Assembly: GCF_000195975.1 (NCBI RefSeq)
Contig: NC_005070.1
Span: 1,170,001 to 1,202,000, forward strand
Origin: Parasynechococcus marenigrum WH 8102
Lineage (GTDB): Bacteria > Cyanobacteriota > Cyanobacteriia > PCC-6307 > Cyanobiaceae
Direction: 5' to 3'
Length of the DNA stretch: 32,000 nucleotides
Position numbers and translations under genes: made by a program. Numbering within the stretch: the first letter of the stretch is position 1; every line of letters begins with the position of its first letter. The notes beneath the pieces were generated by a model. That model had not been told where the DNA came from and searched no databases. It saw only the letters and a list, made by a program, of their open reading frames with translations. Of this stretch, positions 1 to 7,667 are shown piece after piece.

Positions 1-1403
1 TCGGTGACCAGAGCTAGGCGCCAGGCCGGTAGTTGCAACCCCTCCAGCTCCGCCGTGCCGGCGGATTTCAATGCAACGGGCGTGTTCTGTTCAATCAGCC
101 TTTCAATCGCCGGCGCATCTGCTGGATTGGGAACGAAGCGGCCGATGCAGTCGTGTTCCTCCAGCAAGGCCACCGCCCGGCTGGGTTGAGCAGAAATCAA
201 CCAGACCGCGGTTTTCTCCTTCTGAAATCCTTTGATGAGCTCGCCGAGTTTGCCGAACTGATTGGGATACGCCGGCATCGGACGACTGGCGAGGTCAAAG
301 CTGTTGGGATGGCCGTCCTCCTCCAGCAGCTCTGCCATGTCAAAGCCATGGAATGCCTCGGCCAGGCCATAGGCCTTGTCGATCGTGCGCTGCAGAACAG
401 CTGGCCAGAGCAGATCACGTTCCTCCTCCGATAGGCCCAGTTCGCTGGCCATGTCGCTGTAGTGGTCGATGGCGTGATCCAGCCACTGCTGGCCGTGGGC
501 GACTCCGTGACGGCGCTCATCGATGACCACCGCAGCGGAGGCCGGCAGATAGTCGAGCAGGCATGCAGGTTGTCCCCAGGCCAGTCCCATCAGGCGTCGT
601 AACCCCTCCGGCGTGCCTCCCTCCAGCAGTTCTTCTGTGGCTTCGTCCCCCAGCAAGCGATCCAGCCCTTCCGGCATCGACTCCCGCAGCTGATCGGCCA
701 CCAGGGGGCTAAAGCCCGTGGGGGTGAGCTGCAGGCGATCCACCGGGTCCAGTGAGCGCTGGGTGGCTGGATCAAATTCTCGAAGTTTGTCCAGCTCCTC
801 TCCGAAGAACTCCAGCCGCACCGGCAGTTCGCTGCTCACCGGATAGATGTCAACGATGTCGCCGCGTCGGCTCCAGGTTCCTTCCTGGTCGATGGTGGAC
901 ATCCGTTCGTAACCGAGGCGAGCCAAGGTTTCGGCTAGCTCGTCCAGGTCGAGCTCGTCACCCTTTTTCAGGGTGCGACAGGTGGCCTCGAGTGCCTGTC
1001 GCGGTGGCAGATGGGGTTGAAGACAGCGTTCGGTGGCCACGATGGCTTTCCCCGCTGGATCGTCGGTTCCAATCAGGTCACTCAGCACCTGAAGCTGTCC
1101 CCAGATGATTTCACTGGTGGGATCGAACGGTTCGTAGGGCGATCCCTCGCTGGTTGGGTACAGACTCGCGCTGCTCCACCCCATCAATTCCAGAAGCGCT
1201 GTCCAGCGACCGGCTTCCTCCAGGGTCGGCACCACCAACAGCAATGGCCTTCCTTCTTTTTGTGCCAGGGCGCTCGCCACGAGAGCACGACTGATCCGAC
1301 CGGCCCCCCGCAACAACAGCCGTGCATCACGTTCGGTGCGCTGCAGCAGTTCGCCAGTGAGGGCTGCTGAGCGCAGCTGTGTCACCAGGGAACGCAGGGG
1401 CAT
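1..1403 (-). CDS. mfd: Transcription-repair coupling factor Mfd, N-terminal part (3' end lies beyond the window start)
   Basis: Manual reverse translation from ATG at 1403 is open to position 1. It reads MPLRSLVTQLRSAALTGELLQRTERDARLLLRGAGRISRALVASALAQKEGRPLLLVVPTLEEAGRWTALLE...YERMSTIDQEGTWSRRGDIVDIYPVSSELPVRLEFFGEELDKLREFDPATQRS. This is the UvrB-homology N-terminal region typical of Mfd. It is absent from the ORF track because there is no stop in the window. Track ORFs 33-434, 197-520, 590-775, 752-1108 and 1011-1370 are shadow frames. Confidence 0.85.
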   Translation of the reverse strand, partial: MPLRSLVTQLRSAALTGELLQRTERDARLLLRGAGRISRALVASALAQKEGRPLLLVVPTLEEAGRWTALLELMGWSSASLYPTSEGSPYEPFDPTSEIIWGQLQVLSDLIGTDDPAGKAIVATERCLQPHLPPRQALEATCRTLKKGDELDLDELAETLARLGYERMSTIDQEGTWSRRGDIVDIYPVSSELPVRLEFFGEELDKLREFDPATQRSLDPVDRLQLTPTGFSPLVADQLRESMPEGLDRLLGDEATEELLEGGTPEGLRRLMGLAWGQPACLLDYLPASAAVVIDERRHGVAHGQQWLDHAIDHYSDMASELGLSEEERDLLWPAVLQRTIDKAYGLAEAFHGFDMAELLEEDGHPNSFDLASRPMPAYPNQFGKLGELIKGFQKEKTAVWLISAQPSRAVALLEEHDCIGRFVPNPADAPAIERLIEQNTPVALKSAGTAELEGLQLPAWRLALVT

Positions 1404-1465
1404 GGCGGGACGGAATCGGCAAACGCTGATCTTCGCAATAGGGTGCGACCAATCGCGTCAGCACC

Positions 1466-1702
1466 ATGCCGCGCTACCGCTGTCCATCTTGTTGCTGTGG
1501 GCCGGCCGTGGTGTTGAAGCCACCAAGGGGCGCGCTGCCGGTTTGTTTCCGTTGCGGCGAGCTCATGGAAAAGCAGCCACTCGTCCGTCCTTTCCCGTTG
1601 GTGGTGCTTGTTGCTGTGGGCAGTGTTTTGGTGATGTCGTCCATTCCCTTGATGCAGGGCCCGACTCCACCTCGACCGATCAATCCAGAGCGAAGCGCAT
1701 GA
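1466..1702 (+). CDS. Small zinc-ribbon plus single-TM protein, function unknown
   Basis: ATG start and core-like high GC. It has a CPSC...CFRC cysteine pair arrangement followed by a hydrophobic helix (PFPLVVLVAVGSVLVMSSIPL). Divergent from mfd. Confidence 0.5.
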   Translation: MPRYRCPSCCCGPAVVLKPPRGALPVCFRCGELMEKQPLVRPFPLVVLVAVGSVLVMSSIPLMQGPTPPRPINPERSA

Positions 1703-1722
1703 TTTAAGACGTTCAAATGATT

Positions 1723-1749
1723 AGTGATTGAAAATCACTTTTGTTTTGT
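1723..1749 (+). terminator. Weak rho-independent terminator-like hairpin after the zinc-ribbon gene
   Basis: AGTGAT (1723-1728) pairs with ATCACT (1734-1739) and is followed by TTTTGTTTTG. The stem is short and AT-rich, so this is tentative. Confidence 0.3.
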
Positions 1750-1901
1750 GTGCTTCGTCGAAATAAACATCTCTAAAACTTTTTCATGTCTAACGTTGAA
1801 GGGCAGTCAGTCCTTGGCATACGGCATGCAGAGGATCGAATATCCATGCAATGCTTTGATGCCGTCAGCAAGCTGTTTGTGGGCAATGTATGTACTAGAA
1901 C

Positions 1902-2459
1902 CTAACGAAAGTTGTCGTTGCGAAAAATGGAGACTCTTAAGGTCGGACCGTCGCTGGCTATTGGTTCACTTCCAGCTGGAATCAACTCTGTTGCCCATTG
2001 ATAAATATCTGCATCAGGATTGAACCCTCGGAAGACAACGTTGGCTTGCTGGCCTGGTTGAATCGCTGGATCAAAGCGAATACTCAGCTCGTCGTCAGTT
2101 TGTGACATTGTTGCCTCACCAAGCCCGGGTTCGCCACGACGACGAAGGCTGTATTCACCGAGATACACCTCTGGATTCTTGGGTCCCCATGTCCATTGGT
2201 CGAGACTGGTCAGCTGAGACAGCACCAAACGCTCCAACTCGGCCCCAGCATCCTCTGGAACGCGGACACTGATGGTGGTTCGATTGCGTTGACCTTCCGT
2301 TGAGGAGGGATTGTGGATGCTCACCTTTGTTGGTGGTCTGCGGAAAAAGGTCTGTGCCAATGCAGGCCCACTGTTCATCAGCAGGACAAGTCCGGACAAC
2401 AGCCAAGAGGTGAACCAGGTCACGTGGTGGTTTGTTCGATCGTTCAAGGCTAGAAGCAA
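1902..2459 (-). CDS. Secreted protein of unknown function (possibly the cyanobacterial DUF2808 family)
   Basis: 185-aa ORF with an N-terminal signal-like segment (WLLSGLVLLMNSGPALA|QT). The track start is a TTG; an in-frame TTG and a GTG lie just downstream, so the start is uncertain. GC is intermediate, lower than the core. The family guess comes from overall size and architecture only. Confidence 0.55.
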   Translation of the reverse strand: MLLALNDRTNHHVTWFTSWLLSGLVLLMNSGPALAQTFFRRPPTKVSIHNPSSTEGQRNRTTISVRVPEDAGAELERLVLSQLTSLDQWTWGPKNPEVYLGEYSLRRRGEPGLGEATMSQTDDELSIRFDPAIQPGQQANVVFRGFNPDADIYQWATELIPAGSEPIASDGPTLRVSIFRNDNFR

Positions 2460-2616
2460 CTCAGAATGGGTTCCAGTGCCGATTGCCGCTAGCTCATCTC
2501 ATCTCTTCGAAAGGAACTGCTGCATCAAGACTTGGCTATGGCCTGCTCCTCCAGGAGCATATTTTTTGCTTATAACCCTGTTGCTGCAGGGGGTCTGAGG
2601 CTAAATGGTAATTAGT

Positions 2617-2636
2617 GTGCGCATAAAAGTGCGCAA
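2617..2636 (+). repeat. Left-end paired 8-mer module GTGCGCAT-AAAA-GTGCGCAA
   Basis: Read directly from the sequence. It has the same architecture and orientation as 12285-12304. Candidate protein-binding site (arm-type or operator). Confidence 0.6.
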
Positions 2637-3009
2637 AGGCTGAGTCCTGCCAAAGGGCGCTTTACCAAGGCCAGCACTGGGATGTCGGCTTTTTTCAAGC
2701 TTAGCCGGGAAAGCTTGATTATCAAATAAGGACCACCGAGGCGGTCCCTATCTGCTGCGCTGAGCCACCAGTCCACCGTAAAACTGGCTGTTTTCATAAT
2801 ACTCAAAACAGCTAAGCTGTAAGTATCTCAAATACGCGTTTTAGTGCCCAAACGTTAGCTACCTATTCAGGCTGACCTGATCATCAATCGTCTTCGTCTT
2901 GAAGCCAGCATTGAACGTCAGCGTGCAGTCTTTGAAATTGATGATGACGCACCACATGTGCCGTCCTACGACCCACTAGCAAATCCCCAAAGCCGTCGCA
3001 TAGCAACCC

Positions 3010-3420
3010 ATGTCAGCTGAATTTCAATCAATCGACGATCAGATCAAGGCGTCGTACCAATCTGCATCACAAGTCGAAACTCAGGCCCGTCAGCTTGAAG
3101 CCAGAATCGCCAAGATCGATGGTGCAAAGCGATACCTGCCATCACGTCGTTACGGTCAACCGATCGACATAGCAAAAATCAGGTCAAACCTGACACTTAC
3201 ATCGCTTATTGCACAAGATTCCGCAGAGCTAGCTCACTTTTGCGGTATCCACCCTGGCATTCGTCACCGTATGGACGAGGAGAAGGAGGCCAGAGCCCTT
3301 GCAGCGCAGGCCCTGCAGATGCGCACTGAAGCTCTCCGCCAGCAGAACCAGCAGCGTCAGCAGCAGGTGCAGCAACGTTCTCAACTCTCTCCGTGGCAAC
3401 GCGGTTACGGGAGCGTCTGA
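3010..3420 (+). CDS. Hypothetical protein, predicted coiled-coil with a Gln-rich C-terminus
   Basis: 136-aa ORF with ATG start. It contains an RQQNQQRQQQVQQRSQ tract. Its stop TGA (3418-3420) overlaps the next ATG (3420-3422). Confidence 0.55.
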   Translation: MSAEFQSIDDQIKASYQSASQVETQARQLEARIAKIDGAKRYLPSRRYGQPIDIAKIRSNLTLTSLIAQDSAELAHFCGIHPGIRHRMDEEKEARALAAQALQMRTEALRQQNQQRQQQVQQRSQLSPWQRGYGSV

Positions 3421-3773
3421 TGCTTGCTCGTCCTCATCCCGCCCTGGGCTGGCTGCACATCAGCCCCGCCGACACCAGACGTGTCATGGATCGTCTGCTC
3501 ACTGAACGTGATGCAGCTCTCGAAGTCGACCCAACCTTCAGTGGTGTGCCGCAGTCGTTCATCGACTGGACATGGCAAACATGGTTGCCATCACACCTGC
3601 ATCGCTACGAGCAGCAGGTGCAGGAACACCTCAGCTACCTCAACTTCAAGATCGCTGAGCTGAACGGTGATCTTGAAAAAGCTGCTGGCGGCATCCTCGA
3701 CAGCCGTGATGAAGCCGTTGATCTTCGTGATCGCTTGCAGCGTGAGCTTGATGCTCGGGAGCTGCCGTCATGA
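3420..3773 (+). CDS. Hypothetical protein, translationally coupled to the 3010-3420 gene
   Basis: Same frame as track ORF 3393-3773. The internal ATG at 3420 gives a TGATG stop/start overlap with the upstream gene. The C-terminus looks coiled-coil (LNFKIAELNGDLEKAAG...LRDRLQRELDAREL). Confidence 0.55.
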   Translation: MLARPHPALGWLHISPADTRRVMDRLLTERDAALEVDPTFSGVPQSFIDWTWQTWLPSHLHRYEQQVQEHLSYLNFKIAELNGDLEKAAGGILDSRDEAVDLRDRLQRELDARELPS

Positions 3774-3839
3774 CTCGCTCAGGCCTCTAACCAACGCAAT
3801 CGCCATGGATGCCCCTACTGCCAAGAAAAAACTGTTTCC

Positions 3840-4097
3840 ATGCCCGAAAACCAAGTGGCAGCAACGTATTCCAATCAGCAGCTACCGCCGATACAACCGC
3901 TACCCATGACCAACATCCTTGATCACGTCTCACCAACACCAGTCCTTGAAGTAGACGTCTGGCCACGCTCAGCAACGCGCAAGGAATGGTTCGCCATCAC
4001 CAGGCGCATCATTCAAGACACCATCGCTGATATGAACCTCGATCCTGCTGCTGAAGCAGAAGTGATCGAGGCCTTCAAAGGTGCAGGGCTGTTGTGA
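3840..4097 (+). CDS. Hypothetical small protein (start ambiguous: 3840 or 3906)
   Basis: 85-aa ORF. The in-frame ATG at 3906 forms an ATGA overlap with the stop of a 34-aa basic ORF (3805-3909, MDAPTAKKKLFPCPKTKWQQRIPISSYRRYNRYP). Two gene models are therefore possible. Confidence 0.4.
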   Translation: MPENQVAATYSNQQLPPIQPLPMTNILDHVSPTPVLEVDVWPRSATRKEWFAITRRIIQDTIADMNLDPAAEAEVIEAFKGAGLL

Positions 4098-4577
4098 ATG
4101 ATTGGGAGCTGACTAACTAATGGTCGTGCAGCTGCAGCTCAATCTCTCCATAGAAGAGAGCCTAGCGCCAACGATGGCCACGCACAGGGTGGTGGTGAGT
4201 AGCAGTTCATTGAGCATCTTTTCCTCGTTGTCTCTGTCCTTGGTCTATGACAAATAGTCAGCACTTGTAGCTCTTGTTACAAGCCTGAATGGAGTGAAAA
4301 CCAGCCAGCAAGAGCTGCAGGCTCAGTCACTAGGCACTGCAGCGGATTTCTAAGATATCTTGCAAACCAGCGAAAATCACCTGCCATCACTAATTACAGA
4401 AAGCCTGAAAAATGACCTGAAGCAACCAATTCAATTAGCTATACTGTTAACACCAGTTGCACGGGAGGAGTTGGGGGATGTTCAGCGCAAAGGGTATTAG
4501 GGTAACTTGATCATTCCTACCATCATTGACCTCCATAATTAGAGCATCACGTCCAAATCAAGAAATGCACTGAAATC

Positions 4578-5051
4578 ATGGAATACGTTGATTTTCTAAA
4601 TAGCAACGCCAGGATCGTTCACAATCAGGTAGTCAAGGCTGGGTATCAGATAATAGAGAACTCTCCCTATTGCCTTATGGCAAAACAGATATTGGCATTG
4701 CACAACGGAAGAGAAAAAAAGATTTATCTATGCACACAAAATCTCAAAAATATCTTGGTTTGGAGTGCTCCGACGGGTCCGAGAAATGTGTTCGCAAAGT
4801 CTAAAGTAAAACAAGCAAGATTTTATATGAGCAAGGCCCTTACACATGAAGCTGTTCATGCAGCCCAGTATTGCAATAATAATAACCTAATTGCCCCAGA
4901 AAGATCATCTTCTGTTGTTACCGATTTCAAAAAACAAGCTATACAGCTCTCCCTTGCTGTTGGAGGAACAAAACAAAGGGAGGAAGAGGCCTACCTACTA
5001 GAAACAAACCCAGCATTCGTTGTAGCGGCACTTAAGAGATTTTGTTTTTAA
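4578..5051 (+). CDS. Small putative zinc metallopeptidase (HExxH zincin), family unassigned
   Basis: 157-aa ORF with ATG start and very AT-rich codon usage. It contains ALTHEAVHAAQY, an HExxH motif followed by Q, reminiscent of SprT-like or DUF4157-like zincins. An acidic REEEAY segment downstream could supply a third ligand. Confidence 0.6.
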   Translation: MEYVDFLNSNARIVHNQVVKAGYQIIENSPYCLMAKQILALHNGREKKIYLCTQNLKNILVWSAPTGPRNVFAKSKVKQARFYMSKALTHEAVHAAQYCNNNNLIAPERSSSVVTDFKKQAIQLSLAVGGTKQREEEAYLLETNPAFVVAALKRFCF

Positions 5052-5458
5052 TTTTTGCAGCCCTAAGCATTAATTGTTAACCGCTCTTTTTTTGCATGCA
5101 TTTTAAATCATTATCCCAGCTCTTCCAGCAACGCATTACAGTGGAAGCTTCCGCCTCTAGCTACCTCAAAACTAAGTTTCTTACTGCAATGCCGTAAGGA
5201 ATGGCTTACAACGTGCTGCCATTAGTGAATAAGAGAATTTACACGAAACTCCTAAGTCGAAGCCTATACGACTACACCGCGAAATTAGCGCTAGTCCATG
5301 TTAGGTGCGAATAGAACATAAAAAGCCTTTCAGCCGATAATTTGCCGTCCTAGTAGTACACATAAACTATATGCAAGTACACTGGTAGTGCCATTTGTTG
5401 CATTGGATGCAGCTTATCAAGTTAAAATTTGTCATTATTTATTTTTATAAAAATGTAA

Positions 5459-5656
5459 GTGCTTCTTAAACTACTTGTTTCGTTGACGACTATTTCATTT
5501 TCAAACATTGTGCAATTGCAATTATTAGTTCCATCGATTTGCACGACTCATTACGGATACAAAGAGCCGCTTTCTGCGGATTGGATCAAGATCGGCGAGG
5601 AAACCGGTAAGGATGGAATCACTACGCCAATTTTTACCGTTTGCAAGCCAGCTTAA
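5459..5656 (+). CDS. Possible small secreted protein
   Basis: 65-aa ORF with GTG start and a hydrophobic N-terminus (LLKLLVSLTTISFSNIV). It sits in the AT-rich block, preceded by TTATAAAAAT. Weak support. Confidence 0.25.
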   Translation: MLLKLLVSLTTISFSNIVQLQLLVPSICTTHYGYKEPLSADWIKIGEETGKDGITTPIFTVCKPA

Positions 5657-5860
5657 TCAAATTGAGAATAGTGCTTGAAATTATATACTCAAATTTCTAA
5701 ATTAGAATTATTTACCATTGATCGTTCTTCACAATCGTCATCATTCCTTAACATCAAGTGAACTAATCAAAGAATTTGAGGGCATAGCCGCAAATTTGAT
5801 TGATTGTAATGATTTGCAAGCCTTTTGAACTATAGGCCCGATACTTGTATCATTTGCTTC

Positions 5861-6148
5861 TCAAATTTGATTGCAAACATCGGCGACAATCCTGGACTCG
5901 TAAATATTCACGGGAATCTGCCATTCTTTCCACTGACCTTCAGAACCTGTGGAATTAAAAAGCCTGTCTTGGCAATAAACACCAATAAAAATTCTCTGAT
6001 CTTTATTGTTCTTAGCAGGTATAACAACAGCAAAATCATTTTTGCGAGCATATTTGAAATCTAAGCGAAGGGGACCATACTTTCTTTCTTGTGCAATTGC
6101 ATTAGATGCAAGAGAAACGACGCATAAAAATCCGAGAAATCGTTTCAT
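5861..6148 (-). CDS. Small secreted protein, unknown function
   Basis: Internal ATG at 6148 of track ORF 5861-6232 gives MKRFLGFLCVVSLASNAIA|QERKYG..., a canonical signal peptide. The ATG overlaps the TGA of the upstream ORF (ATGA at 6145-6148). Confidence 0.55.
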   Translation of the reverse strand: MKRFLGFLCVVSLASNAIAQERKYGPLRLDFKYARKNDFAVVIPAKNNKDQRIFIGVYCQDRLFNSTGSEGQWKEWQIPVNIYESRIVADVCNQI

Positions 6149-6378
6149 ACATGAAAATAGTTGGGAGGCTGCATAATTTTTAGATTTTGCAGGCTCTGGC
6201 TGTAGGAGTTCAATGTTGCGAAAAGGGGCCATAATGGTGGCAAGCCTGCGGGTCTGAAGGAATAAATTCCTCTCTGTAAAGTAGCAGTCGATAAATGTCG
6301 ATATGTTGTTTTAGGTACCAACCCACTGTCAACAGAGCCCACTAATGTAACCATGCCAAGTACTCCTGGCGTATGCAA
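6145..6378 (-). CDS. Hypothetical protein, coupled to the downstream secreted-protein gene
   Basis: 77-aa ORF whose stop overlaps the ATG of the 5861-6148 gene (ATGA). No recognisable domain. Confidence 0.35.
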   Translation of the reverse strand: MHTPGVLGMVTLVGSVDSGLVPKTTYRHLSTATLQRGIYSFRPAGLPPLWPLFATLNSYSQSLQNLKIMQPPNYFHV

Positions 6379-6479
6379 ACATTTATCAGGAAATGTCTGG
6401 AACTCAACAAATAACTCTTAAATAAGTGACATTTGAGCAATAGTTTAGCCTAAATCAGCTTGTAACTAGTGACAGCGAC

Positions 6480-6659
6480 TTAATCCCACAAGACTCTCGG
6501 TTGGAACCTGCCATTACGGCGCTCATCAAGTATAGCTTCAGCAACATCAACTTCACAAGTAATGCTTTCCAGTGGGCAGGCCAAAGCGCGAAAAGGCCTA
6601 TGTGAGCCTTCAGCGATGAGGCTTCCAATTGATTGGGCGTTGGTGATGTGGATCGTCAT
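6480..6659 (-). CDS. Possible 59-aa protein (below the ORF-track cutoff)
   Basis: Manual translation gives MTIHITNAQSIGSLIAEGSHRPFRALACPLESITCEVDVAEAILDERRNGRFQPRVLWD. An AGGA lies about 12 nt upstream of the ATG. No family recognised. Confidence 0.3.
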   Translation of the reverse strand: MTIHITNAQSIGSLIAEGSHRPFRALACPLESITCEVDVAEAILDERRNGRFQPRVLWD

Positions 6660-6771
6660 TTGTTAAATCCTATTCTCTTAGGTCTAAACCTGCTCCGTCG
6701 GAGGTAGTCGTATCACATCTCACCAAACAAACGCCCAAGCCACACCAACGTCAACTGTGATTCTCCTCCAA

Positions 6772-7005
6772 TCACTTAGGTGATTTGAAGAAACCCTCAC
6801 TCCAAGCTGCGGTGGCCCGCAGAGGCTTGAGAAGCTCCGTCAGCGTGACAGTAGATACAGCACTCATTGATCGTCGCTCCACAAACTTGACGCGGCAAAA
6901 CGCCAAGCGATGATTGAACTTGCAGAGGCACCGAACGCGAGAAATGCGATCATCATCTGGGAAGTATTCACGGGTAACATAAGAGAATGCTTCCAAGCTA
7001 CTCAC
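6772..7005 (-). CDS. Hypothetical Cys-containing small protein
   Basis: 77-aa ORF with GTG start, divergent from the HTH gene at 7112. Weak support. Confidence 0.3.
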   Translation of the reverse strand: MSSLEAFSYVTREYFPDDDRISRVRCLCKFNHRLAFCRVKFVERRSMSAVSTVTLTELLKPLRATAAWSEGFFKSPK

Positions 7006-7111
7006 TAACGACTAACGCTGTTGTTACCAATTTGCAGCAGCAACAACTGGTCACGTAATACGCGCGTCATCTCAGCAATGCCGCTGACCCAATAAATCGC
7101 CGCTGATCACC

Positions 7112-7495
7112 ATGGCAAGGACTACCGCGAAAGAACGTTTAGCCCGAAGGGAACATGCGTTGGCGTTGCTTGCTGACGGCAACAGCTTTAGAACAGTTGC
7201 GGCGCTTGTGTCGGGAAAGTACGGGGTGTCTGAGAAGACTGCTCAACGGGACTTGACTTGGGCGAGAAACAGACTGGTAGGAGAACTGAGTTCGACGGAA
7301 GTCAAAGAGCTGTTGGCATGGTTCTGCCATAGAACTCAGACCATCGTTCAGAAAGCCGAGAAAGCAGGTGCTTACGGTGCTGCTGTTGCTGGCATGAACC
7401 TGATTTACCAAGCGGTGCTGTCGCGCGAGCTGGACAGTATTCACAGCAATCGGCATCGGGGATACGGCAACCGACACGGGAACTACAAGGGTTAA
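7112..7495 (+). CDS. Small helix-turn-helix DNA-binding protein (regulator, or possibly small-terminase-like)
   Basis: 127-aa ORF with ATG start. The N-terminus KERLARREHALALLADGNSFRTVAALVSGKYGVSEKTAQRDLTWARNRL has an HTH-like pattern. It ends 8 nt before the TTGCGCAC pair at 7503-7521. Confidence 0.6.
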   Translation: MARTTAKERLARREHALALLADGNSFRTVAALVSGKYGVSEKTAQRDLTWARNRLVGELSSTEVKELLAWFCHRTQTIVQKAEKAGAYGAAVAGMNLIYQAVLSRELDSIHSNRHRGYGNRHGNYKG

Positions 7496-7502
7496 GGCCG
7501 AG

Positions 7503-7521
7503 TTGCGCACTATTTGCGCAC
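7503..7521 (+). repeat. Paired 8-mer TTGCGCAC-TAT-TTGCGCAC
   Basis: Two exact copies with 11-bp phasing, in the intergenic region between the HTH gene and the 3' end of the helicase gene. Confidence 0.6.
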
Positions 7522-7640
7522 AATGATGCCCTTGATATCAGGTATACCAGCCAGCAAGGTCTATCTCGGCTCCTGACATGCTCCTGATGTGGGAGATCAG
7601 GCATGGATTCTCCTTTCAAGGTCGTTGTCTCTGAGTTGGC

Positions 7641-7667
7641 TTTCAACCCTTTCAACCCTTTCAACCC
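7641..7667 (+). repeat. Three perfect tandem 9-mers TTTCAACCC (iteron-like)
   Basis: Copies at 7641-7649, 7650-7658 and 7659-7667. An inverted 10-bp copy (GGTTGAAAGG, 7769-7778) lies about 100 bp away, and a degenerate TTTCAAGGT at 7614-7622 is in 9-bp phase. The repeats sit immediately 3' of the primase-helicase genes. Confidence 0.65.

Noticed and set aside
2542-2570. Palindrome TGCTCCT-CC-AGGAGCA followed by TATTTTTTG, considered as a plus-strand terminator
   Set aside because: There is no plus-strand gene upstream for it to terminate, and the loop is too short for a stable hairpin. It lies in the promoter region of the DUF2808-like gene, where it might instead be an operator. That is unsupported.
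2612-2806. 64-aa minus-strand ORF next to the left element end
   Set aside because: It has a TTG start. It runs through the GTGCGCA pair and several hairpins (CAAGCTT...AAGCTTG around 2695-2717, GGACC...GGTCC, GCTGTTTT...AAAACAGC). No domain was recognised. It is more likely non-coding end sequence, though a real small gene cannot be excluded.
4113-4217. 34-aa hydrophobic peptide ORF (MLNELLLTTTLCVAIVGARLSSMERLSCSCTTIS), convergent with the 3840-4097 gene, considered as a type I toxin
   Set aside because: The hydrophobic stretch is only about 14 residues. No promoter, antisense RNA or conservation evidence is available from the sequence alone.
5791-5873. 12-bp direct repeat CAAATTTGATTG (5791-5802 and 5862-5873), considered as a mobile-element boundary
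   Set aside because: Such a match is plausible by chance in very AT-rich DNA. The second copy is partly coding (the end of the 5861-6148 gene), and no transposase is nearby. It is kept only as a note within the AT-rich block finding.
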